Source: Antedon mediterranea
Lineage: Eukaryota > Animalia > Echinodermata
DNA length: 64,000 nt
NCBI RefSeq assembly: GCF_964355755.1
Contig: NC_092672.1
Span: 2,418,001-2,482,000 of the forward strand
Direction of reading: 5' to 3'
Shown here piece after piece: positions 1 through 12,253 of this stretch. Below the pieces are notes generated by a model. That model was not told the DNA's origin. It searched no databases and was given only the letters and a program-made list of their open reading frames with translations. A program made the position numbers and the translations under genes. Within the stretch, counting starts at the first letter, position 1. Each line of letters starts with the position of its first letter.

Positions 1-824
1 ATCAAAAATTAAATAAAATTCATCACGAGCTAAGATAATACATTAGCTGGGTGTATACATGTAGAGGTCTAAATCAAATGAGAATTCCCATTTTTACAAA
101 CAACATATCGAAATAAAATTCTCATCGTGACAGTCTTAACACCGAGGTATAAAAATAGATGGTGTAAAGAAACAATATCTAACACTACAAAATGTTTATT
201 AATACTCTAATATGAGTGGATATATGGATGGCACTCGTGACACAGTCTTAGTTACTACCTAAAAGTCGGTAGGAATATTTTAAGTCAAAAGTCTCACCAT
301 AAGTGGCACGTTTCATAATCAATTCGTTTTCATCAGACATTCCACATAATGGTAGTTGCTTATGGTATCACTGTGTAGGCCTAAGATTCAACATTTAGTC
401 CCGCGAAAGATAGTCAATGCATAAAGTCATATGTTCACAAACAGCACCAAAACTTCAAATAAACATCATCGGATCAAACACACCTCCGTTAAGCGCGCAG
501 ACACTTTACATCGTATGCCCCTTTATCAATAATACCCAGAGAGGGTTATAGAGTTTGGTATCAGAATCATGTAATTTGATGTTCTGTAAAAGTTTTTCTC
601 GATCCATAATCCCGATATCATACGGTTACCATGATGATTGTGCATCAATGTCAAAAACATGAAATATTTTTATAAAAAAACTGTATTTATGTAGTGATAG
701 ACATCAGGCCATTCATCTTGAATGTTACATTATTCAGCATATCGTTGTTTTCTAAAGTACAGGAATTGTCCTAAATTCAAAAATTCTATTTTTCAGAAAG
801 GAAGATAAAAACTGAATTGACAAT

Positions 825-3800
825 ATGGCGACAGGTAATAAACATAAATGGTGTTTTTGTATTGCATTGAGAAGAACAATTTTAAAATGTTTTTTCTAAT
901 CTTCTCTTTTTCCCACTTTTTAATTTTTTTAGAAATAGATTTTAATGTGGACTTAGTGAACTTTTCAGAATGGTATGATAAAAACAACCTCGTAAGACAG
1001 CTAAAGGTTTTATACCACGATTTAATTTCAGTAGCAGACATAGACAAAGCCAACACAACGATAGATCTACTGGATGCATTGAGGAAAACAGGACGTTTAA
1101 GCCGAGGCAATCTGGAGTTACTTTATGAAACGATAAAAATAACACAAACGTTTGGAGCTATCAAAGTTTTTCAACAATCTTTCTTCGAAGTTCAAGAAAT
1201 ACAAATTATTAATTTCACCCCATATCGACACTGGATTGCAGATTTTGGAAACGAACTACGAAAGGCTGCTGTTAAGAAAATTGATGCACTCTTCAACAAT
1301 CCTTTAAAGAATTATGAAGACTCGTGGAGTATGATTATAGACTTGGAACAAAGACAAATACTTTGTGAAGAAAGAAAAGAAGGGTTTATTAACATTCTTA
1401 ACAGAATTGGACTGGCATCAACGATGAAATGCCTGGCACAAGGTATGTAACAGGAACGTGTTAGCAAACAAATAATTAATTGGAGAAGATTATAAAAATA
1501 GCCTATAATATGTGTAAAACATTCACTACGTAACAATTATTGTATATTTGTATTTTTTCTTGTTTGTTATTTAACAGAGGAAGTGCCGAGAAGTAGTAGT
1601 AGTGACACAAGAATGCAAACAGAGGAAGGTAACTATAGTTATACTGTTATGTAGGACATTAGAGTCAAAATGATTTTATTGGTGAAATCAAACTAGAGAA
1701 ATTAGTAATAGATTGATAAATTAAATGAAATAAAATTAGTGATTTGAAATGTAATTATGGAAAGCGAAATAAACCCAAAATAATTCAATTTACCAATTCA
1801 TTTTTTAAACTCAAACCATAATGTTGTGCAGTTCAACAAAATCTCAATTCACTTTTAACATCCGGTGACGTCCTAGGCAACAAAAGGTAAATTAAATGTT
1901 AAGAAGGCAAACTACGCATACAATAACCCTTCTTCTATTCCTTATGTTATAATAATGTTTTATCATCAGTATTCTTTAAAGTTAAAACAATATGCATACC
2001 TGTAAGGAAATACAGGTATCTCACTTATGTGATTGGTGAATACGGCCACTGGGGCTTATTTCATCCTATTTCGGATTTGTGATAAATTTATTTTTCGATT
2101 TGCTGCCCTCTGTTGGTCATGTTTTTAAAAATTATGCTTCTCTTCTTATCTGATTTATCCGTGGATTTATCAAAATTTGTGTTTGTCAACCTAAATTTAC
2201 AAATACGTTACGGTACAAGATAAGGAGTGAGCCTCCGTATATCAGAAAATAGTCTGGTATAACTAATAATAATTACTTGACTTACTTTAACTGAGTACAG
2301 TAATAGCAAATTATTATTACATTCTAATTCCCATACAATTATCTAGGCCTGCAAAAAGAACAAACAACTAATTAATAACATTTTTAAAACTGCTTTATAT
2401 AAAAGATAAATTAAGATCAACAGTTTAATAATTTAAAAATACATGTATTATAAAATATTATTATGTATACATTTCTGAACCTCTTTTTTTACATTTAGAA
2501 AAGATTGAAGAATATCTGCTGCTAACACAAAAGGAACACTGCAGGCAGGCCAGGATATTTACACCAGAAACAATGCGTGGTAGATACACAGTTGACATTT
2601 CACAGATGTTTACCGATATGGAACTACTGAAAGAACGTGAAAACAATAAAGGAAGCAAACCAACAACATTGGAAGAAGTGGTAGATGTTATACAATCCAC
2701 ACCTGGATGTAAAGCCCTCATAGAAGGGGAGGGAGGTATTGGAAAAACTACCATATTAAGGCATTTATCGTACAACTGGTCTGATCAATCAATTGAATTA
2801 TTTGAAGGTAAAATTGTGTTTCTTTTAAGTTTAAGAGATTTAAAAAAAGATGACGACATATCTGATCTGATTGTACAGCAACTGACAGATTTCAATTTAG
2901 ACACAGATCTCCCAGAAGATCCACAGTTAATTAAGGAATTTATAAATAAACATGACAATAACTTTGTGTTACTACTAGATGGATTAGATGAATTAAGATT
3001 TGATAATCAAAGCGTAATTAGTCTTTTCAGAAAAAAAAGGTTTAAACAAAGTACTGTAATACTTACTTCAAGACCGGAAAACATAGATGAATTTATAAAA
3101 GAGTGTAACGTACACATAAGAGTTAGTGGATTCAACAAAGAGAGCATTGGAAAGTATATTGAAAAATACTTTAAGCATTTTGAAAATCAACAATTGGGAG
3201 AATCCCTTAAAGAAGAGTTGGATATTGACACTCTTTTGCCTGGGGAAAAACATCCAGAAGCATATTCAATGTGCAAAAATCCAATGCTACTTCTTTCGAT
3301 CTGTATGCTATGGGAAGATAATCAAAGTCTTCCTAGTGATAATACTGATCTTTTCAAAGAATTATTTCGTAGTATTTTAAATCAATTTAACAAACAAAAA
3401 CAATGTGACAAAATTTTAAAATTTGAAGACACCCCATCAAAATATGTACACGCTATGATTTTGTTAGGCAAATGTATGTATATAAACTTAAAACGAAATC
3501 AACTTTCAATAAAAATAACAGATTTGAATGATACACATTCCACAAGAGATATGATTGACATGGCCCTAAAACTTGGATTTGTTTACGAAGAAGCACCACT
3601 TTCAAAATCTAATTGTGAAAGAATATTTATGCCTCCTCACAAATTGATTGTAGAATCATTGGTGGGATTTTACATGTCTAAATTATTTGAAAGTGAAAAT
3701 ATAAAGGATGACTCAGACGTGAGACAATTACTTATACCATTGGGTTATAATGAATTGGATGTAATAAAAAGCGAGTATTTCAAAGTTGCGAGAAAGTTTG

Positions 3801-6800
3801 CACTTGGTTTCCTTGATGCTGCAACAGCTGGTTATTATTTAAAGCAATGGCTCACAAAACATTTCCCATTAAGAATGAGTAGTAGAATTCGGAAGTTTTT
3901 TTTCGGCATTAAGATTACATATAAGGAAAGATTTATTGCGAACATTTTAGACATTCAACATGACTCTTATGGACGTGTTGGTGTTAGGATTTGCAATCTA
4001 TCAGCTGACGTCATCAATCACTTGGGTACAGAATGTTCTCTCAAACAAGTTCAATTAGCATTACGTACTATCGATATCTTTGGTAATAACTTTCACAACA
4101 TTGATGTTAATTCATTGTCTTCATTACTCATTATGTGTCCTAAGCTGACGACGCTTTACATGATGAATTGCAATCTATCAGCTGATGTCATCAATCACTT
4201 GGGTACAGACTGTTCTCTCAAACAAGTTCAATTAGCATTAGAACATCTCGATATCTCTCGTAATAACTTTCACAACATTGATGTTAATTCATTGTCTTCA
4301 TTACTCATTATGTGTCCTAAGCTGTGGGAGCTTTACATGAGGGATTGCAATCTATCAGGTGACGTCATCAATCACTTCGTTACAGAATGTTCTCTCAAAC
4401 AAGTTCAATTAGCATTACGTGATCTCTCTATCTCTGGCAATAACTTTCACAACATTGATGTTAATTCATTTTCTTCATTTCTCATTATGTGTCCTAAGCA
4501 CAGCTGTTTCACCAATGTAAAATAAATAGAAAAAGTCAAGCGCCCTCAATATTGTCAGACGGCGATATGTGCCTGAGCGTGACGCCGCGCGAGTGGTTGA
4601 ATCTCGTTCAACTTTCGCGACATTTGCAACTTTTATAACTACACTTTAAATTAATTTAATCAATTTCGTCATAAATATTATAAAACCATTTTTATACTAT
4701 TTGTTAGAAAATAAGATTTTTAATTACCGATTTTTTGGAAATAGTAAGTAATTAAGCATAACACCAAGTTTACGAAATTATTTACACCCGGAAGTTTTAA
4801 AAATTAACATCGATCGGCCTAGCAAATGTAAACAATGGAAAGTTTGAAAAAATGCTTGTCAAATTGTACACTTTTTGTTTTTATTCGTAATTTTCATAAA
4901 TACTTGGAAAATCTAGGTAAAAGTTTGATTATATATGCTTACATGAGACATTGAATTGTTAGGAGGTGACGGTGAAAATCTCAAGAAATTTTCATTTAAA
5001 AACTCGACTGTTTTGTTAAATGCGAAACAGCGTATTTGGCGAGAGGTCGATGAACGCGGCTGATAACCGCTCGCTAGGCTGTACGCAACTAGGCCTAGGT
5101 TGTAGCTAGGCCTAGTTGGTACGTATAAGTAGTGTAATCATGCTATACATCATTTTAATTTACAATAGATTAAATAATAAGCTTAATTATTATCATTGTA
5201 TTTATTTCAACTGAATATAATTCATCATACATGTACAAATTTAGTAAAACTACTAACTACCAGGCCAGGCCTAGCTAGGCCCTTCAAAATTAAAGCCTAT
5301 ACAAAAATACTCAAACTACTGTATGATAAATATAATATAAAATTAAAGGTTGGTAAAATTAAAATTTCTTTTCATTTTTGTAGGCAACACAGTTTCACGA
5401 AAAGGCTTTAAGTTCTACTTGCTTCTGTTGTGGAACAAAATTTAAAGAAAAAGATAAAAAATACAATTTAAAAAATATGAAAACCATCACAAATTTGCAC
5501 TAAATCTAACAAATGTAAAATTACAACCTATATACATTTATACAACCTGCCATTCGCGAATTTTCAATGGATACTGTATACTACCACGCTAACATTTAAA
5601 TTAACAGGGCATGGACCAAATTGCTTGGCATGCTACACTTCAACAACAACTATGACCTGGGCCAAAACTACATTCACAAGTGAAAGAACACACTGGCGTT
5701 TAAGGGAACAGTTTTTTGTCTGGTACAGCTGCTCCATAATCTGCTTTTCTTATATCTTCACTCTTTTTGAAAGTTTATACTAACAAATTTAATTAAATGA
5801 ACATACCTCATAATCAAATAACTGTTTTCTCATCCTAATTTATATACATAGTTTAAAAAGCGCCAATTTTCAATTAAGACTACATCATACATTGTATATT
5901 TCTATTCAACAAAATTGTCAGAACTTTCTATTATTTAAATGTCTAAGATAGTCCGATCTCGGGTCCATTCTACAGTCACCACAGATTGACTTTTTCATCA
6001 CAAAATTTCTGAAATTATAAAATGTATTAATGTGTCAATTAAGTATTTTTTAATTACATAAAAAATATCATACAAGTATTTTTAGCAGAATACAGGCATA
6101 TTGCACCAGGTGTAATACAGCCTAAGCTACATATGCTTGAGCACCATGCTATTGCATTCATGAGAGAATGGAAGGTGGTCTCTGAGCAAGGCGGGGAGAC
6201 ATGCCAAACTCAACCGTCACAAAACAGCAGTGTGGATTAGAGTCAAACTTAGACTCATCTGACTTTCACATCTCCAATGATACAAAATGAAATAATAAAA
6301 CCCAACAAATGCAAGAAAGCCAACAAAGAATGATTCATTAACATTAATGATCATAAAATATTGTACATTTTTAAATGTTAAAGGAATATTGCATTGTATT
6401 GATTTCCTTTTAACAATGCCTAATAATAATGAATATGTAAAAGTAATACTATAGTATGTCTATATTTCAATTACTAACTAATTACTATTGATTGATAGTA
6501 CTACTGCTGTACATGTGTTAGTGATTGATTGTTAAAGTTACAAATTCATAGCATGGTAAACACAATTTAAAATTTACTAGTTCTTGAACAGTAAAATAAA
6601 CTTACCTATATGGTAGGTATAGGTATTGGTCCAAATCTGTTTAAAATGTTTTAGCCATTTTGGGTTGCCGCTATATATGTACCTAAAAAATAGTAATAGT
6701 ATAACATTATAATAAGAATTAATTAAAATTAACTTATTAAATTTACTATGGTTGCATACATACTAATTTGAATATGCAGTGATGAGCAAAAACAAATGTT

Positions 6801-9800
6801 AAAATTCATTATTTATAATAATTGTAATTATTACATACAGGGTAGGCATATATGCCTTATGTCATTGCATAGGGTATATATAACCAGGTATCCTCATAAT
6901 AAACATTATTTGTAATAAATACTGTAAATATATTAAAAATAAAAATTAATAATAATTAAATAATAATAATATATAGGCATAGAGCCTCTATGCCTAATTA
7001 GGTAGCCTACTAATACCTAGCCTATTGCTCTAGGCTAGGCTAAATAAGCTGGAAAGCTGCTTCTCTGTAAGCTACTAGTGCAAGAGAGCACAGGTCTAGC
7101 TAGTATATTAAAATAAAAATAGGGCCTATAATATAGGCCTAGCCTACCCAGCCAGTGGTAGTGATTGGTTGTTAATATTGAAAATTAATAGCATGGTAAA
7201 CACAATTTAAAATTTACTAGTTCTTGAACAGTAAAATAAACTTACCTATAATATAGATGGTAGGTATAGGTATAGGTCCAAATCTGTTTAAATGATTTTT
7301 CCACTTCCGGTTGCCGCTATGTACCTAAAAAATAGTAAAACATTACTATAAGAATTAATTAAAATTAGCTTATTAAATTTAATATGGTTGCATACATACT
7401 AATTTGAATATGCAGTGATAAGCAAAAACGAATGTTTAAATTCATTATTTATAATACTGTAATTGTAATTATTACATACAGGGTAGGCATATATGCCTTA
7501 TGTCATTGCATAGGGTATATATAACCAGGTATTCTCATAATAAACATTATTTAAATAAAATACAGTAAATATATTAAAACTAAAAATAATAATAATTAAA
7601 TAATAATATTTAGGCGTAGAGCCTAGACCTAATTAGGTAGTCTACTTATACCTAGCCTATTGCTCTAGGCTAGGCTAAATAAGCTGGAAAGCTGCTTCTC
7701 TGTAGGCTGCTAGTGTTAGAGAGCACAGGTCTAGCTAGTATATTAAAATAAAAATGGGGCCTATAATATAGGCCTAGCCTACCCAGCCAGTGGTAGTGAT
7801 TGATTGTTAATATTGAAAATTAGTAGCATGGTAAACACAATTTAAAATTTACTAGTTCTTGAGCAGTAAAATAAACTTACCTACTGTATATAGATGGTAG
7901 GCTGCTAGGTATTGGTCCAAATCTGTTTAAAATGTTTTTGCCACTTCGGGTTGCCGCTATGTACCTAAAAAATAGTAAAACATTATTATAAGAATTACTT
8001 AAAATTAGCTTATTAAATTTAATATGGTTGCATACATACTAATTTGAATATGCAGTGATGAGCAAAAACGAATGTTAAAATTCATTATTTTTAATAATTG
8101 TAATTATTACATACAGGGTAGGCATATATGCCTTATTTCATTGCATAGGGTATATATAACCAGGTATTCTCATAAGAAACATTATTTAAATAAATACTGT
8201 AAATATATTAAACAAAAATTAATAATAATTAAATAATAATAGGCCTATATAGGCGTAGAGCCTAGCCTAATTAGGTAGCCTACTTATACCTAGCCTAATT
8301 GCTCTAGGCTAGGCTAAATAAGCTGGAAAGCTGCTTCTCTGTAGGCTGCTGCTAGTGATAGAGAGCACAGGTCTATCTAGTATATTATTAAAATAAAAAT
8401 AGGGCCTATAATATAGGCCTAGCCTACCCAGCCAGTGGTAGTGATTGATTGTTAATATTACAAATTAATAACATGGTACACAATTTAATATTTGCTACTT
8501 CTTGAACAGCAAAATAATCTTACCTATATAGATGGTAGGTATGGTCCAAATCTGCTTAGCCACTTCAGGTTACTGCTCTATATATTATATGTATCTACAA
8601 TAGTATAACATTAATAATTATTATAACAATTTTATAAAATTAACTTAACTTATTAAATTTAGTATGATTGCATACTAATTTGAATATGCAGTGATGAGCA
8701 AAACCGAATGTTAATATGATGCTTGTCATTATTTATATTGTAATTATTACATACACTTTACAGGGTAGGCCTATAATATTCCCTATTGCATACATGTTAC
8801 ATAGGGTATATATAATCCTCATAATATTAAATTTACAGTTTTTGTAATGAATACTGTAAATTTAATAAAACTAAAATTAATTATAATGATTAAATAATAT
8901 TAAAAATATATAGGCCTAGGCGTAGATCCTGGGCCTAATTTTAATTAGGTAGCCTACTAATACTAGTATTAGGCTAGTAGGCTAGCCTACTCAAGGCCAG
9001 GCTAACTAAGCCGGAAAGCTGCTTCTCTGTAGTAGGCTGCTAGAGAACACAGGTCTAGCAAGGGCCTAGGCCTAGTATTAAAATAAAAATAGGGCCTATA
9101 GTATTGGTATATGCCTAGCCTACCCAGCCAGGCCTAAATAATTCAAATAATGTAACATTTCCAAACTCATTTGGGTCAGCTGTCACATGAAAGGCAGTGT
9201 TGCAACTAGAGTAGACACAAGCCTAAGCCTAAAAATGACACAATTTGAAACGGCCATAGCTCAAAAATTCAACCATCACCTCTCGACCATTACTATGTTA
9301 TAACATTCACAGATAACTAAATTATCATGCAGTACCAAAGAATTAGAGTGAAAATTAGATTTTTTAAAGATACGGACAAACAAACATGTACCTAATTTGG
9401 AAATGTCACTCACGTGCGTAAATTGGTATATGCTTGTATTTTATGGTCCACCCTTCCATTAATTTTCAGCGTTACATTCCTTGTTAAAAACAAAACGACA
9501 ACGTGCTTGTTTCATCCAGGGACTCTTTAATGAATATTCATATTTTTACCGACCCTTTATTTTTTTATCTCATTCTCATTGGCTGTTTAAAACATGTCTT
9601 TAAATGACATTTGACTCCACTCTGCACACGTGGATTTGTAAGTAATTGTTTATGTATTGTTACTCCAGCGATACGACTTGTAACGTTGAGGGCGCATGAC
9701 TTAATTCGTATGTTTGAAACAGCTGTGTAAGCTGAGGGAGCTTTACATGATGGATTGCAATCTATCAGGTTACGTCATATATTACTTGACCGTAGTGTGT

Positions 9801-9830
9801 TCAAACAGAGGCATCGATTTTTTTAAATAA
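825..9830 (+). CDS. NLR copy A (DED-DED-NACHT-LRR), last LRR interrupted by a transposon. Exons 825-834, 933-1442, 1578-1628, 2499-4498, then ancestral tail 9732-9830; the current ORF stops at 4525 inside the element
   Basis: GT-AG phase-1 introns join into one frame (MAT|EIDFNVD...|EEVPRSSS...|EKIEEYLL...). NACHT Walker A GEGGIGKT, Walker B VLLLDGLDEL, sensor-1 ILTSRP. LRRs of the LxxLxIxxNN / LxxLYMxxCNLS type. The frame resumes after the TSD as LRELYMMDCNLSGYVIYYLTVVCSNRGIDFFK*. Confidence 0.88.
3991..4498 (+). repeat. Coding tandem repeat of 177-bp (59-aa, two-LRR) cassettes in NLR copy A
   Basis: Unit start ttgcaatctatca at 3991, 4168 and 4345 (177-bp period). Confidence 0.95.
5384..6220 (+). 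pseudogene. Degenerate Chapaev transposase (Chapa zinc module and catalytic-Glu region)
   Basis: 5396-5434 HEKALSSTCFCCG (H-x7-CxxCG); 5484 PSQICTK; 5610-5633 HGPNCLAC; 6121-6198 PKLHMLEHHAIAFMREWKVVSEQGGE, then frameshifted HAKLNR. Stops and frameshifts lie between the blocks. Confidence 0.8.
6521..9130. repeat. Four ~640-bp tandem units inside the Chapaev element
   Basis: Unit start gtgattg(a/g)ttgttaa at 6521, 7161, 7796 and 8441; the fourth unit is more diverged. Confidence 0.92.
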
Positions 9831-10486
9831 TTTTACAATCCTATTATACTGTGTATAATTTATATATAATTATATATAATCATCACCTTTATAAAACTCG
9901 CAGAACGTAAGTGTCATTTTGGAAATTTCCGTTAGAATTGCATCTGTAATCTAAAAATGTCATGCAATCTATAATAGATCTTCAACAAATCCGGAATAGA
10001 TTATTTCCAAATTTATAATTTTGTCTTTTTAAGGAATAATCTCAAAGCAAAATTTTATTTTCTCAAAAGTTTGTTCCTATCCGGTCGTCCTGCATCGAAT
10101 ACGCGTACTTCATCCATATTCATCATCTTCTTCCTAGACGCGCGCATACAATCAAGAGAGAGCTCTGCAGCATCTCCATGCTACATACGCGCGCGTTTAC
10201 GATATAAGTAAATTGATGCTAAGTGATAATTATTATTATTATTTAATTATAACATGATACTGTATGGTAGGAATTTTCTTTGTTTTCTTTATTTGTATTT
10301 TCTACGCATCTTTTTTAACAAATACAGCTCAAATACCAGTTCTTTTCAGATATCTTTGAGATAATATTTGATTTGTGGTGAATGTGCAATGTATAAAGTC
10401 AGCATAACTGCACTGCCAGTCATTCATATGTTTTAGTGATATTGTTTTTACTTTAGTTTAACATTTTATGTAGTAGATTTATTTTA

Positions 10487-10507
10487 TAATAATAATAATA
10501 ATAACAC

Positions 10508-10538
<31 letters not shown>

Positions 10539-10630
10539 AATAATATTTATTCGGTCATCAATGTAAAAATAACCAGGAATGAGAATAGGCTAAAGCCCAA
10601 ACAGATTCTGCACTTACTCCATACATATAA
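10487..10630 (-). mobile_element. Short LINE/SINE 3'-end fragment with (TAA)n tail
   Basis: Present in copy A, absent at the paralogous site ~29905; shares agcccaaacaga...cttactcc with 44433-44460. Confidence 0.55.
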
Positions 10631-11879
10631 TATATTTTAAATTTGTTCATGTTTTGGGAAAAATACATGTTAATAACCCTGTTGGTGTATGGTATTGGCA
10701 ATTTGATATAATTCATGTCTGATAATAGACGAACATTTTGTATATTTCTTGTTTGTACAATTCATTTGAATTTGGGCAATTTGTACGATGTATGAATAAA
10801 ATTATATATTTTGATAATGTAATTAATTAATGTAAGTATTTTGATAATATTAAATAAGACTCTAAGTAATAAATGTGTGAATGGCAAATTTCATATTGCA
10901 TGTAACTTTTACTTGATGATGACAAATAAAAGTAATGTTAGTTACGTTGTTTATCTTTTCTTAGCTTTTGTTTGATGTCTATCATATTGAAAATAATTCA
11001 TGTGATTAGAGGCAGATCCAGGATCACATGATCTACCCTCTCGACACCCTTTATTTTCACCGTCTCAACACACTTTAATATGGTTGAACCAGTCAAGATG
11101 GACCCCAAGGGATATGCTCTCCTCTCAAATCTATTATTAGCGTAATTGTTCATAAATTCTGGATCTGCGCCTGGTGATACAGTATGTATGTAGCCTAGGC
11201 CTACAGTATTTATCTGCGCCTGGTGATACAGTATGTTGGAATACAGTATTTATCACAAATAAATCTGAGACAATCATTTGCAGCGGCGGATCCAGGAATT
11301 TGAAAAAGGGGGCCCAGGGCCTAAAAATTTAGTTTTCAGTGGATCTAGTTAAAGAAATCTTTGTCGTTTTAACATCAAATTACCCTATCACAAATTAAAT
11401 ATGGTCGGTACATTTTCACAGAACAATTTTTATTGACGTTATATCACGATTCGCCAATTTGATGATGGACAATAACCAATGAATGTTTCATACTGAGAGC
11501 AAATCGATGTATAAATTAATAAAATAATAAATATTTCCAAACAATATTTAAAACAGTATTGTACTGGTACTAAGATTACCATAAAGACGCCAACAGAAAA
11601 ACAATATACATATTAAAGCTAGCTACCTTCATTTTGTTTACACATACATCGAATTTGAATATTATTACAGGAATAAAACATGATTATATAAATATGAAGA
11701 CAATAGTAATAGTGATGAAGAAGCTGTTTAGATTATAGGCCTACATATATGTCACGATGAGATACTGATAGTGGTGATCACACCCACGTATATTGTGTAC
11801 AACGTCAGCTACCTATTTGAATATTACAAGATTAAAACATGATTATAATTAAATAATGAATACGATAGTTATGAAGACT

Positions 11880-12253
11880 GTTGAAGTTACTGAGCGATGA
11901 TCAATGACGTATGAAGACAAATTTACATGGTGCTATGTTGAAGTTACTGAGCGATGAACAATGACGTATGAAGACAAATTTACATGGTGCTATGTTGAAG
12001 TTACTGAGCGATGATCAATGACGTATGAAGACAAATTTACATGGTGCTATGTTGAAGTTACTGAGCGATGATCAATGACGTATGAAGACAAATTTACATG
12101 GTGCTATGTTGAAGTTACTGAGCGATGATCAATGACGTATAAAGACAAATTTACATGGTGCTATGTTGAAGTTACTGGCGATGATCGATGACGTATGAAG
12201 ACAAATGTACATGGTGCTATGTTAAAGTTACTGAGCGATGATCAATGACGTAT
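11880..12253. repeat. 57-bp minisatellite, ~6.5 copies
   Basis: Unit gttgaagttactgagcgatgatcaatgacgtatgaagacaaatttacatggtgctat at 11880, 11937, 11994, 12051, 12108, 12165. Confidence 0.95.

Larger units (their letters stand above)
4499..9727 (+). mobile_element. Chapaev-like (CMC) DNA transposon, internally deleted, 5229 bp
   Basis: 13-bp TIR CACAGCTGTTTCA (4499-4511 / 9715-9727) plus an inner 17-bp inverted block; TSD TAAG (4495-4498 / 9728-9731); removal restores the LRR sequence gtcctaagctg. CAC..GTG termini with a 4-bp TSD are characteristic of Chapaev. Confidence 0.88.

Noticed and set aside
848-932. Hydrophobic N-terminus of ORF 848-1450 (and 22206-22290) looking like a signal peptide or TM segment
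   Set aside because: It is intron 1 (GT at 835, polypyrimidine tract, AG at 931-932) read in frame; the real start is probably ATG 825
4499-9727. Classification as a true Transib/ProtoRAG element
   Set aside because: The TSD is 4 bp, not 5 bp; the EQGGE..H motif is Chapaev-like; no RAG2-like relic was seen
11880-12253. CRISPR-like appearance of regular repeats (also 18151-18915 and 48821-49042)
   Set aside because: Units are head-to-tail with no unique spacers, the context is eukaryotic, and there are no cas genes
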